Source of the DNA: Actinomycetota bacterium
Lineage (GTDB): Bacteria > Actinomycetota > Acidimicrobiia > Spongiisociales > UBA4744
Length of the DNA: 64,000 nt
Direction: 5' to 3'
Assembly: GCA_013152275.1 (NCBI GenBank)
Contig: JAADGS010000073.1
Location: 1 to 64,000 of the forward strand
The position numbers were made by a program, and so were the translations under genes. Within the stretch, counting starts at the first letter, position 1. Each line of letters opens with the position of its first letter. Shown in pieces: positions 40,642 to 49,928 of this stretch. The notes under the pieces were generated by a model. The model had not been told where the DNA came from and ran no database searches. It saw nothing but the letters and a program-made list of their open reading frames with translations.

Positions 40642-40782
40642 TCCGAACCTCCTCAGCACAGTGGGATAGTGGTCGCGGCGAGGCTAGCACCGCAGGGTCT
40701 CGCTCCTCGATTCGAAGGCTTTTTGCCGACGCGTCGAAACCATTGGAGATTCCGGTATTTCATGCTGTTTGTGGATTCGGGG

Positions 40783-40824
40783 TTGACAGCGCGCGCGGGG
40801 TTTGATTACATGTATGTAATTACA
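40783..40824 (+). promoter_or_regulatory. whiB promoter with overlapping inverted-repeat operator
   Basis: TTGACA at 40783; ATTACA-TGTA-TGTAAT (40805-40820) overlapping TGTAATTACA (40815-40824). Confidence 0.55.
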
Positions 40825-40847
40825 CGTTTGGCGCTTGGAGGGCGGTC

Positions 40848-41123
40848 TTGTACAGGAGTCTCATCGAGGCGCTCGCCGTCGAAGATCTGTCCTGGCAGGA
40901 TTACTCGAACTGCAGGGGGGGCGACGCGAACCTGTTCTTCCCGGAACGGGGAGCATCGACCCGAAAGGCCAAATCCATCTGCGGTGCCTGTGAGGTTCGT
41001 CTCGAATGTCTCGAGTTCGCGATCCAGCAGGGCGAGAAGTTCGGTATCTGGGGTGGCCTCTCCGAACGCGAGCGACGGCGCATCCGCAAGGAACGCGCGG
41101 CGAAGATACGCAGAGTCTCCTGA
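40848..41123 (+). CDS. whiB: WhiB-family Fe-S transcription factor (WhiB/WhiB2-like)
   Basis: Four Cys, FFPERG, GIWGGLSERERRR. Confidence 0.93.
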   Translation: MYRSLIEALAVEDLSWQDYSNCRGGDANLFFPERGASTRKAKSICGACEVRLECLEFAIQQGEKFGIWGGLSERERRRIRKERAAKIRRVS

Positions 41124-41188
41124 ACGGAGCGGTTCGCTCGGTAGCCGGCAGCGGTAGCATGAATGCCATCCAGAGGTGAGGAGAAACG

Positions 41189-42130
41189 GTGGAAGGACTC
41201 GGGTTCATCGGTGTGGTTCTTCTGGTGGTGGCGGTCTTTCTCGCGATCGTGGGCACGATGCTGAGTCGCCGGACGAAGGCGCTCAAGGAACAGCTCAAGG
41301 TCGATGGTGCTCTGGCACCCGAGCTCGATCTCGACCGGCCCCGTCCCCGGGTTACGGCGTTTCATGTACGTGGGGAAGAGGCTCGAGTCACGTTCGATGT
41401 TCCCCTGCCTCCTGGTGACACCGACCCGGTCCTGGTCGAACTCCTCCTCTCCGAAGCCTTGGAGGTCGTGCACGAGAAGCAGCATTCGTTGCCCATCGAC
41501 GATGTCACCAAGGTCGTCGTTTTCGCGGGACGCGAAGGAGAGCCGCGCAGAGTCGGGGAGCTGCCGCTCGCCGAGCCGGGGTTGCTCCCTCCGTTGCCGG
41601 TCGTGCCGCACCTGCGTCTGACGAGCATCGGTTTCGACGCGCTCGATCAACAGTTCGAGGAGGAGCCGGCCACCGCACCTCCGGAGCTCGTGGCGGTCAC
41701 GGCGAGCAACACTCTCAGGCCGATCGGTGAGGAGTTGCGGATCCCGAAGGCCCTCGACATCGGACTTCGCGCCCAAGGCATCGACCCGGGTTCGATGACT
41801 GCCGCCGAGATGGTTCGGGGCATACTGCGCCTGTTCGGATACTCGATCTCTCCCGGTAAGGATCCCGCCGTGTACACGGCGACGAAGGCGGGGACGACGA
41901 CGTACGTGCGCGAGGACGTCTACCGGCCTGGCGACTATCCGGAACTCGACGAAGGGACGATCCGCTCGTTCATGGTCGAGTTTCTGAATGCCGGCGCCGA
42001 CAGGGGCCTGCTCGTCAGCGCCAAGTTTGCCCCCTTCAGCATCTACAACCTGGAGCAGAGAGAACCGAGGGTGCGGTTCGTGACTCGGGAACGCCTCCAG
42101 AAGTTCATCGACTCGTTCTCTCTGGAGTGA
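41189..42130 (+). CDS. Membrane-anchored hypothetical protein with degenerate Mrr-like C-terminal domain
   Basis: N-terminal TM; C-terminal ILRLFGY...IRSF...GADRGLLVS...VRFVTRERL pattern. Confidence 0.6.
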   Translation: MEGLGFIGVVLLVVAVFLAIVGTMLSRRTKALKEQLKVDGALAPELDLDRPRPRVTAFHVRGEEARVTFDVPLPPGDTDPVLVELLLSEALEVVHEKQHSLPIDDVTKVVVFAGREGEPRRVGELPLAEPGLLPPLPVVPHLRLTSIGFDALDQQFEEEPATAPPELVAVTASNTLRPIGEELRIPKALDIGLRAQGIDPGSMTAAEMVRGILRLFGYSISPGKDPAVYTATKAGTTTYVREDVYRPGDYPELDEGTIRSFMVEFLNAGADRGLLVSAKFAPFSIYNLEQREPRVRFVTRERLQKFIDSFSLE

Positions 42131-42819
42131 CCGTGCGCTTCGGCGTCGCGGTCTCCGGCGCTCCGGATCCTGCGTTCCCGGAGGAGATGGCCACGCTCGA
42201 GAGAGCCGGTTTCGCAAGTCTGTGGTTCGGGCTCGACGAGACCGACTGGGATCCGATCGTGCTGGCGTCAGCCGCTTCGAAGGCGACCACCGGAACGGAA
42301 CTGGTCGTCGCTCTTGACGCCCCGACGCCTGTCACCGCCAAGTCCGTCGCGTCTCTCGATGCGCTCAACGGGGGAAGGAGCCGGGTCCTGGTCGAGACCG
42401 CCGGTGACGCTGCGCTCATGCGAGTCATGCTCGGTGGCGATCGAGTCAACTACGACGGTGCTCACTTCCGGGTCGTGGATGCCCCGGTGCTGCCGGCTCC
42501 GATACGAGAACGGATGCCGATCTGGACACGGGCACTTGGCCTGGCGGCCGGCGTCGACGGGTGGTTGGCGACGTGCGCCGGGGAGTACGAGGCGCTGGTC
42601 GAAACGGTCGACCAGGCGTGTCGTGACGCCGGAAGGGACCCCGCGCTGCTGCGACGAGCCGTATTGATCGATGGCCGAGGCGAGGGGATCACCGCCACCA
42701 TGGTCGCGTTGACGTCGGGCGAGCTTGCTCGGCGGCTACGGGGCGTCGACGAGGTCGTTCTCCGACTGGATCGGGAGTCTTGGCGAGCCGCCGGTAAGGT
42801 CGTCGCCGAGATGAAGTAG
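42127..42819 (+). CDS. Short luciferase-like monooxygenase (LLM) family protein
   Basis: VRFGV, ERAGFASLW, DPIVLAS, AKSVASLDALNGGR, YDGAHFRV, PIW; only 230 aa. Confidence 0.7.
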   Translation: MTVRFGVAVSGAPDPAFPEEMATLERAGFASLWFGLDETDWDPIVLASAASKATTGTELVVALDAPTPVTAKSVASLDALNGGRSRVLVETAGDAALMRVMLGGDRVNYDGAHFRVVDAPVLPAPIRERMPIWTRALGLAAGVDGWLATCAGEYEALVETVDQACRDAGRDPALLRRAVLIDGRGEGITATMVALTSGELARRLRGVDEVVLRLDRESWRAAGKVVAEMK

Positions 42820-42847
42820 GATCAGCTTCTGATACGGAAGGTGAAAC

Positions 42848-43033
42848 ATGTTCGGAGGAAGAGTCGGCGGGCCTGAGTTGATCATCATCCTCGTTGTCCT
42901 ATTGCTCCTCTTTGGAGCCCGCAAACTACCGGATCTCGCTCGTTCGCTCGGTGCCTCCGCCAAGGAGTTCCGCCGGGGTCTCGACGAGGGTGCGTCGGAT
43001 AAGCCCGAGGACAACTCCGGCGAAGATTCCTAG
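42848..43033 (+). CDS. tatA: Twin-arginine translocase TatA
   Basis: ELIIILVVLLLLFGARKLPDLARSLG..KEFRRG. Confidence 0.93.
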   Translation: MFGGRVGGPELIIILVVLLLLFGARKLPDLARSLGASAKEFRRGLDEGASDKPEDNSGEDS

Positions 43034-43089
43034 ACCTCTGAGGAGGTCTTGAAGGAGTGGATGGTTTGGGCCGTCCGCTCCTTCGTCGT

Positions 43090-43548
43090 TTACAGGTGCT
43101 CCAGGGCGGTGTCGTAGTCGGCGATGTCCCGAGTGATGCCAAGGCCGGCGGAGGCAACGATCTCTCGAACGATCCCATCGGCATCGAGAACGTAGGTGGT
43201 GCGAGTGGCACACCCGAGATTCTCGTCGAAGCATCCATATGCGTTCGCCACGGCACCGTGTGGCCAGAAATCCGAGAGGATGGGGAACGTGTAGCCCTGC
43301 TCGTCCGCCCAGTGTTTATGGACATGGCGGGTGTCGCAGGTGATGGCCACGACGTTGGCGTCGACCTCGTTGAAGTCGACAAGATGGTCCCGGATGGCAC
43401 ACAGCTCGGCTTCGCAGTTCCCTGTGAAGGGGAAAGGGATGAACACGATGAGGGTCTTGCGGCCCCGCAGTGACTCCAAGGTGACCTCGTTGTTGTCCTG
43501 ATCCTCGAGGGCGAATGATGGCGCGGGTTGGCCGATGGTTGCCGACAC
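43090..43548 (-). CDS. Peroxiredoxin (AhpE-like)
   Basis: APSFAL, PFPFTGNCEAELC, LSDFWPHG. Confidence 0.9.
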   Translation of the reverse strand: MSATIGQPAPSFALEDQDNNEVTLESLRGRKTLIVFIPFPFTGNCEAELCAIRDHLVDFNEVDANVVAITCDTRHVHKHWADEQGYTFPILSDFWPHGAVANAYGCFDENLGCATRTTYVLDADGIVREIVASAGLGITRDIADYDTALEHL

Positions 43549-43586
43549 GGTGACCTCCTTTTTCGCGAACGCTACCCCGTTCCAGT

Positions 43587-43635
43587 GAACCCTGGGCTCA
43601 GGGGGGTCGTCACGACCCCTGCGAGCCCTGGGTTC
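43587..43635. repeat. Palindromic repeat family C, copy 3
   Basis: GAACCCTGGGCTCAGGGGGGTCGTCACGACCCCTGCGAGCCCTGGGTTC; end overlaps the stop codon of the adjacent gene. Confidence 0.88.
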
Positions 43636-44716
43636 AGAGGTCTTCGGTGGGGAGCAGAACTCGAGCAGCCCATCCGACCGGATCGGTGAGTTCGGCCAGA
43701 GTCGGCAGATTTGCCGGCTGCTCCCAAAGCGTTGTCAGTGCGTCCTCGCCCCAGCGGCGAGCGACTTCGTCACAGAAACTTGCCGTACCGATCTCCTGGT
43801 TCGGCCGCACCTCGAGACCAAGCAGCGTCGTGAGGACTTCCTCGCCCTGGGCGGGCTCGGATCGGCGGCGGTTCAGCGCTTCCCGCATCCGGGCCAGGTC
43901 GGGCAGCAGCCTGGCCGCCGCCCCGTTCATCAAGTATTCGGCGTAACCGTCGATGATCGCCACGAACGCCTGGAGCGCCTCGAGGTCGGGTTGCTGTTCC
44001 GGGGTGGTGAGCAGACCGGAAAACCCGCCGGACTCGCCGACGAGCTGCTCGAACTGCTCGGGGTCCTGGAATCCCTGGAGGCGCCCTGCGAGTGCCTCGG
44101 GGTCGAGTTCGAGGCCGTCGAGATACCGCTCGACCAGTTCGAGGAAGTGAGGCCGGACCCACGATTTCGAGAAGAGCGCGGTGTGCATGATCTCGCGTAG
44201 GGCGACCCAGAGTCGCACCTGTCGGCGGTCGAGGCCGTTCTCGGTGGCAAACGCCTCAATGTTCGGAACGATGAACGAGATATCCATGGCCTCCACGCTT
44301 GGGAGACCGAGATCGAAATGGCCGAGCGTCCGTTGGCTGACAAAACCGACCATGATGCCCATCTGCAGACCCAGCAGTGCCGGACCGAGCATGGCGAGAG
44401 GACCGGGCATGGCCCCCTCTGCGAACTTGGGTGCGATCGGTTCGACCAGATACCGAAAACTCATCAGATGCGAATCTGCCCAACCGCGCCGGTCCGTTGG
44501 GATCGCGTCGGAGAACGCTCCCGGATCCAGGGGGGTCTCTCCGGTGATCTGCAGTTGGGCGAGACGGCTCAGATGCTGGTATTCCTCGGCTATTCGCGGC
44601 TCGATCGGTTCCCTGCCGCCTGCGAGGTGGCCGGTGAGCTCGGCCGCCAGCTTCCAGTTCACCGGACCCGGTTGGTTGAACAGGTCGAACAGTTGCGAGA
44701 AGAGGTCTTCGTTCAT
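43634..44716 (-). CDS. Zinc-dependent metalloprotease-like protein (DUF2342 family)
   Basis: GPVNW, LGHFDL, VPNI, WVALREIMH, IDGYAE, LLGLE, NLPT..EL..P..W. Confidence 0.82.
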   Translation of the reverse strand: MNEDLFSQLFDLFNQPGPVNWKLAAELTGHLAGGREPIEPRIAEEYQHLSRLAQLQITGETPLDPGAFSDAIPTDRRGWADSHLMSFRYLVEPIAPKFAEGAMPGPLAMLGPALLGLQMGIMVGFVSQRTLGHFDLGLPSVEAMDISFIVPNIEAFATENGLDRRQVRLWVALREIMHTALFSKSWVRPHFLELVERYLDGLELDPEALAGRLQGFQDPEQFEQLVGESGGFSGLLTTPEQQPDLEALQAFVAIIDGYAEYLMNGAAARLLPDLARMREALNRRRSEPAQGEEVLTTLLGLEVRPNQEIGTASFCDEVARRWGEDALTTLWEQPANLPTLAELTDPVGWAARVLLPTEDL

Positions 44717-45894
44717 GGCTGGTCCGGCCGCTCGCCGAGCACGGCGTCGACTTCGATCGGATTCCCGTTGTGCAGCAGTGAAAGCGTGATCGTCTGGCCG
44801 GCCCTGTGTGTGCGGAGCAGGGCGATGAGGTCGTTGACACCGATGACGCTGGTGCCGTCGATGGCGGTGATGATGTCTCCGACTTTGGTCTCCGTGTCCT
44901 GGATGCCCGTGCTTCCTTCGAACGAGACGATACGGGCGCCTTCCGGGACCTGGGCGCCTCCAATGTCCTCGAATGCCGGTTCCACCTGCACGCCGATGAA
45001 CGCATGGTGCACGACGCCGTCACGGATGAGATCGTTCGCTACCCCCTGGACGATGCTGACCGGTACCGCGAAGCCGAGACCCTCTGCGCCCACGTCACTG
45101 AGGCCGATGGCGGTCGTGATGCCGATGAGCCTACCGGTTGCGTCGAGAAGGGCGCCGCCGCTGGACCCGCGGGTGATGGGAGCGTCGGTCTGGAGGAGGC
45201 CGAAGAGTCTCTCGTTCGCGGTGACCTCCAACTCGCGATTGAAGGCGGAGATGATGCCGGAAGTCACCGATGGTCCTCCGTAGAGACCGAGCGGGTTGCC
45301 GATGGCGACTGCGAGATCACCGATGCGATAGCTGGACGGGTTCGCCAGCTGGAGCGGTGTGAGATCGGGCGCATCGATCGAGATCACCGCCAAGTCGGTC
45401 ACCGGGTCCGTACCGACGACGGTGGCCTGGTAGATGCGGCCGTCGGAGAGCACGGTCCTCACGAAACCGGCGTCTTCCACCACGTGGTTGTTGGTGAGGA
45501 TGAATCCGTTGGCCGTGTACACGACCCCTGAGCCGCTTGCGGAGGCCGGGTCGGTGCGGCCGTTGCCCTCTCCGATCTGGACCGTGACGATCGAAGGAAT
45601 CGCCCTGGCGGCGATGGTCGCCACCGCGGTCGAAGGTGAGGATGCCTGAGCCGGCGCGATCGAGGGGAGTGTCGTCGCTGTCGATGTCATGAACGTTTCC
45701 TGAGGGGGAAGGACGCCGATCGCGAAGAGGGCGGCCATGGCGATGGTCGCTCCGAGGATGCCGCCGATGATCGCCGCCGGAAGGACACCGCGCCGGCGCG
45801 CGACAAGAGTCCGGACCGGCTGCTCCGGCGGCAGGGGAGGCCGTGGTGGAGCAACCCTCGGATCTTCGTCTCGGGGGACGGTACGATCACTCAT
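44713..45894 (-). CDS. HtrA/S1C serine protease with PDZ domain
   Basis: TM; GSGV, TNNHVV, DLAV, QTDAPITRGSSGGAL; PDZ GDIITAIDG. Confidence 0.92.
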   Translation of the reverse strand: MSDRTVPRDEDPRVAPPRPPLPPEQPVRTLVARRRGVLPAAIIGGILGATIAMAALFAIGVLPPQETFMTSTATTLPSIAPAQASSPSTAVATIAARAIPSIVTVQIGEGNGRTDPASASGSGVVYTANGFILTNNHVVEDAGFVRTVLSDGRIYQATVVGTDPVTDLAVISIDAPDLTPLQLANPSSYRIGDLAVAIGNPLGLYGGPSVTSGIISAFNRELEVTANERLFGLLQTDAPITRGSSGGALLDATGRLIGITTAIGLSDVGAEGLGFAVPVSIVQGVANDLIRDGVVHHAFIGVQVEPAFEDIGGAQVPEGARIVSFEGSTGIQDTETKVGDIITAIDGTSVIGVNDLIALLRTHRAGQTITLSLLHNGNPIEVDAVLGERPDQP

Positions 45895-45908
45895 AGGAGT
45901 CTGATTGT

Positions 45909-46337
45909 ATGACCGGAGTACGCGTACGAGTGCGGGTCCTGCCCGACCCGATCGATTACGGCGAACTGATGGCCTTTGTGTCCTCGCCCGCGGCGGGAGC
46001 CTCGGTCCTGTTCGTCGGCACCGTTCGGGACCACTCCGAGGGGAAGACGGGCGTCACGCATCTCGAATACGAAGCGTACGCCGAACGGGTCGAGGATGCG
46101 ATCGCGACGATCGTCGGGGAGGCCGGGGACCGCTGGGATGTGCTCGGAGTCGCGGTCGACCACCGCACAGGTGCCGTCGATCTCATGGAGGCGTCGGTGG
46201 CGGTCGCCGTTTCTTCGGCTCATCGGGATCAGGCCTTCGAGGCTGCCCGATACATCATCGACGAGCTGAAGGTCCGGGCTCCGATCTGGAAGAAGGAGTT
46301 CTGGGACGGCGGGGCCGAGTGGGCGCGCGGATCCTGA
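45909..46337 (+). CDS. moaE: Molybdopterin synthase catalytic subunit
   Basis: FVGTVR, LEYEAY, HRTG, SAHR, PIWKKE. Confidence 0.93.
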   Translation: MTGVRVRVRVLPDPIDYGELMAFVSSPAAGASVLFVGTVRDHSEGKTGVTHLEYEAYAERVEDAIATIVGEAGDRWDVLGVAVDHRTGAVDLMEASVAVAVSSAHRDQAFEAARYIIDELKVRAPIWKKEFWDGGAEWARGS

Positions 46338-46389
46338 GCGCCGGTGGCAGGCAGGCGGCCGAGCAGCGAGCCGGTATGCTCTTGTCCCG

Positions 46390-47640
46390 ATGAATGTGCT
46401 CCTCCTCGGCAAAGGCGGCCGTGAACACGCCATCGGATGGAAGCTGTCCCGGAGTCCTCGTCTGCGGCGGCTGATCTCACTTCCCGGAAACCCTGGTCTC
46501 GCTCGACTCGGGGAGGTGAAGACCGGCGTCGACCCTTCCGATCCGGCGGCGGTGACGGCGTTTGCCCGATCGGCGAAGGTCGACCTCGTCGTCGTCGGGC
46601 CGGAAGCACCGCTGGCCGCAGGGGTCGCCGACGCTCTCAGAGCAGCCGGCGTCGCGGTGTTCGGTCCGGATCGTGCCGCCGCCCGGCTGGAGACTTCGAA
46701 GTCGTTCGCGAAGGAGATCATGGCCAGGGCGGGCGTGCCGACGGGATCTTCCGAGACCTTCTCCGAGGACCGGGGAGCGTTGGCGCATCTCGAGCGGATC
46801 GACGGTCCGTTCGTCGTAAAGGCCGATGGTCTGGCGGCCGGCAAGGGTGTCCTGGTGACCGAAGATATCGCCGAGGCCCGGCACTGGGTCCGGGCGTGTT
46901 TCGATGGACGGTTCGGTGATGCCGGCTCGACCGTCGTGATCGAGGAGTACCTGCCGGGCGACGAGATCAGCGTGTTCGGGCTCACCGACGGTACCGACGT
47001 GATCGGGTTGCGTCCCGCCCGCGACTACAAGCGCCTCCGAGAAGGCGACGCCGGCCCGAACACAGGAGGAATGGGCTCCTTCACTCCTGTCGAAGGATTC
47101 GACGACGCCTGGGTGCAGAGCATCGTCGAGAGCATCATCAAACCGGTTCTCGGGACTCTGTCGGAGGACGGCATCGAGTATGTCGGATTCATCTATGCGG
47201 GGATCGTCTTGACTCCCGAGGGACCGAAGGTGCTCGAATTCAACTGCCGGTTGGGAGATCCGGAGACCCAGGCCATCCTGCCGACCCTCGACGGCGACCT
47301 GCTCGAGCTCATCGGCTCGTGCATCGACGGCACCGCCGGCAACGTTGCACCGCGCTGGAATGACCTGGCTGCCGTGAACGTCGTTCTGGCGGCCGCCGGG
47401 TATCCGGAGGCTCCCGTTGGCGGAGATCAGATCACCGGTCTCGATTCCGAACAGGACGACACCCTCGTCTTTCACGCCGGTACGCGTGAGGACGACGGCA
47501 GGCTCGTCACTGCCGGAGGCCGGGTGCTGAGCGTGATCGGACTTGGAGCGGACGTGGCGTCGGCCCGTGCCCGAGCGTACGATCGGGTCGCGACGATCGG
47601 TTTCGACGGTTGCCGGTATCGAAAGGACATTGCTGGATGA
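46390..47640 (+). CDS. purD: Phosphoribosylamine-glycine ligase
   Basis: GGREHA, VGPEAPL, KADGLAAGKGV, GPNTGGMG, EFNCRLGDPE. Confidence 0.97.
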   Translation: MNVLLLGKGGREHAIGWKLSRSPRLRRLISLPGNPGLARLGEVKTGVDPSDPAAVTAFARSAKVDLVVVGPEAPLAAGVADALRAAGVAVFGPDRAAARLETSKSFAKEIMARAGVPTGSSETFSEDRGALAHLERIDGPFVVKADGLAAGKGVLVTEDIAEARHWVRACFDGRFGDAGSTVVIEEYLPGDEISVFGLTDGTDVIGLRPARDYKRLREGDAGPNTGGMGSFTPVEGFDDAWVQSIVESIIKPVLGTLSEDGIEYVGFIYAGIVLTPEGPKVLEFNCRLGDPETQAILPTLDGDLLELIGSCIDGTAGNVAPRWNDLAAVNVVLAAAGYPEAPVGGDQITGLDSEQDDTLVFHAGTREDDGRLVTAGGRVLSVIGLGADVASARARAYDRVATIGFDGCRYRKDIAG

Positions 47641-48110
47641 GAAGTGTTTCCGTGCTCATGGGGTCCGAGAAGGATCTGCCGGTGATGGAGAAGGCCGCCG
47701 AAGTCCTCGAGCGCTTCGGTGTGCCGTATGACCTGCTGGTGATGTCCGCGCACAAGAGCCTCGATCGGGTGCTGGCGCACGCCGGCCAGGCACGAGCCGG
47801 CGGCATCGGGGTGATCATCGCCGGGGCCGGCAAGGCCGCGCATCTCGCCGGGGTGGTGGCCGCGCGAACGACGCTCCCGGTCGTCGGTGTCCCGCTGAGC
47901 GCCTCTCTCGACGGGCTTGACGCATTGTTGGCGACCGTGCAGATGCCGACCGGAGTGCCGGTGGCCACGGTGGGCATCGACGGGGCGGCGAACGCCGCGC
48001 TCCTCGCGATTTCGATCCTTGCGCTCGACGATTCCGCCCTCGCGGAACGTCTCGTGTCGTACCGTGAAACCCTGGCTTCAGAGTCCTTCAAGGAGATTCA
48101 CATCCAATAG
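47637..48110 (+). CDS. purE: AIR carboxylase / N5-CAIR mutase
   Basis: MGSEKD, SAHK, AGAGKAAHLAG, PVVGVP, QMPTGVPVATV. Confidence 0.95.
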   Translation: MRSVSVLMGSEKDLPVMEKAAEVLERFGVPYDLLVMSAHKSLDRVLAHAGQARAGGIGVIIAGAGKAAHLAGVVAARTTLPVVGVPLSASLDGLDALLATVQMPTGVPVATVGIDGAANAALLAISILALDDSALAERLVSYRETLASESFKEIHIQ

Positions 48111-48145
48111 CAGCGGTCACGGATTCGTTCTTCTACAATCGCCCC

Positions 48146-49015
48146 GTGCTGGCGCTCAAACACGTGGCCTCGGGCAAGGTTCGCGAGATCTATGAAGTCG
48201 ACGAGGAGCGATTGCTCTTCGTCGCCACCGACCGCATCTCCGCGTACGACGTCGTGCTTCCCGACATGATTCCCGACAAGGGACGGGTACTCACGGGTCT
48301 GTCCCTGTACTGGTTCGACTTCCTCGAAACGCCCAACCACTTCTTGACCACGGACCTCGGTGGGATCGGTCTCTCCGATGATGAAGTGGCGGAACTCACC
48401 GGCAGGGCAATGATCGTGCGCCGCGCCGACGTGATCCCGATGGAGTGCGTCGTGCGCGGTTACCTGTACGGGAGCTCATGGCGCGAGTACCGGGCAGGGG
48501 GAGGGCCGACCACCGAGCATCTTCCCGCCGGGCTGCAGATGGCCCAGCAACTCCCGGAGCCGCTGTTCACGCCCGCGACGAAGGCCGAGAGCGGGCACGA
48601 CGAGAACCTCACCGTCGCGGGTGCACGAACACTGGTCGGCGACGATGTCTACGAACGCCTTCGCGATGTGGCCATCGACCTGTACCGGCGTGCCGCGTCC
48701 GCGGCGGCCGAGAAAGGCGTGCTGCTCGCGGATACCAAGTTCGAGTTCGGTTTCGTCGGTGACGAGCTGCTGCTCATCGATGAAGTCTTGACCCCAGACT
48801 CATCCCGCTACTGGCCGGCCGACCAGTATGAGATCGGAGCCGTGATGCCTTCGTACGACAAACAGTACGTGCGCGATTGGCTCGACTCGACGGGCTGGGA
48901 CCACACTCCACCCGCCCCAGTGATGCCGGATGACGTCAAGGCTGCAACCCGGGCCCGTTACGTCGAGGCGTTCGAGCGGCTCACCGGGACCTCGTTCGAC
49001 GGGTATCTGCGATGA
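48146..49015 (+). CDS. purC: SAICAR synthase
   Basis: GKVREIY, DRISAYD, ECVVRGY, DTKFEFG, DEVLTPDSSRYW. Confidence 0.97.
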   Translation: MLALKHVASGKVREIYEVDEERLLFVATDRISAYDVVLPDMIPDKGRVLTGLSLYWFDFLETPNHFLTTDLGGIGLSDDEVAELTGRAMIVRRADVIPMECVVRGYLYGSSWREYRAGGGPTTEHLPAGLQMAQQLPEPLFTPATKAESGHDENLTVAGARTLVGDDVYERLRDVAIDLYRRAASAAAEKGVLLADTKFEFGFVGDELLLIDEVLTPDSSRYWPADQYEIGAVMPSYDKQYVRDWLDSTGWDHTPPAPVMPDDVKAATRARYVEAFERLTGTSFDGYLR

Positions 49016-49254
49016 AGGCCATCGTGACGATCCGGAGGCGTGAGAACATCGCCGATCCCGAGGGCAGCACCATCCGCCGCGCCCTCGGCGATCTCGGATT
49101 CGCCGATGTGCAAGCCGTTCGTGTCAACCGGACGATCGAACTGGACCTGCAGGGCCTGGATCGAGACGAGGTCATCTCGCAAGCACGCGAAATGTGCGAT
49201 CGGCTCCTCGTCAACCCGGTCATGGAAGACTTCGACATCGAGATCGTGGCTTGA
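49012..49254 (+). CDS. purS: FGAM synthase subunit PurS
   Basis: DPEG, LGF, MCDRLLVNPVMEDF. Confidence 0.93.
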   Translation: MKAIVTIRRRENIADPEGSTIRRALGDLGFADVQAVRVNRTIELDLQGLDRDEVISQAREMCDRLLVNPVMEDFDIEIVA

Positions 49255-49928
49255 ACGTCGGCATCGTCGTATTCCCCGGTACGAATTGTGAGCACGATGT
49301 CGCCCACGCGTTCGGGCTCCTCGGCGCGCAGACCGAGTTCGTGTGGCACCGAGAGACGACTCTGGATGGTTTGGACGGTGTCGTGCTGCCCGGCGGCTTC
49401 GCCCACGGCGACTATCTGCGCGCCGGTGCGATTGCACGGTTCTCGCCGGTGATGGACGCCGTGGCAGATGCCGCCGACTCCGGTGTGCCCGTCCTCGGGA
49501 TCTGCAACGGTTTCCAGGTGCTCTGCGAGGCGGGACTGCTTCCCGGGGCGCTGATCGCCAACCGGGACCTACGGTTCATCTGCCGTCCCGTTCACGTGCG
49601 GGTCGAGGCGACAGACTCGGTGCTCACCAGAGCCGCCAAGCCCGGGCAGGTGCTGCGCATACCGCTGAACTCCTATGAAGGGAACTACGTTCGTGCGGAA
49701 GAGGCGCCCAGAACCATCCTGCGCTACTGCGGTCCGGACGGGACGATAGGCGAGGCTTCCAATCCCAACGGTTCGTTCGATTCCATCGCAGGAGTCACCA
49801 ATGCCGCGGGCAACGTCGCCGGACTCATGCCGCACCCCGAGCGGGCCTTCGAAGACTTCATGACCTCCACGGACGGCCGAGTGCTCTTCGAATCATTCCT
49901 GAGCCTTGCGGAGGCGGCCCATGACTGA
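49251..49928 (+). CDS. purQ: FGAM synthase glutaminase subunit
   Basis: [35 protein letters not shown] start. Confidence 0.95.
   Translation: MNVGIVVFPGTNCEHDVAHAFGLLGAQTEFVWHRETTLDGLDGVVLPGGFAHGDYLRAGAIARFSPVMDAVADAADSGVPVLGICNGFQVLCEAGLLPGALIANRDLRFICRPVHVRVEATDSVLTRAAKPGQVLRIPLNSYEGNYVRAEEAPRTILRYCGPDGTIGEASNPNGSFDSIAGVTNAAGNVAGLMPHPERAFEDFMTSTDGRVLFESFLSLAEAAHD

Noticed and set aside
44180..44215. REIMH instead of HExxH in the DUF2342 protein as a sign of inactivation
   Set aside because: To my knowledge RExxH is common in one actinobacterial branch of this family
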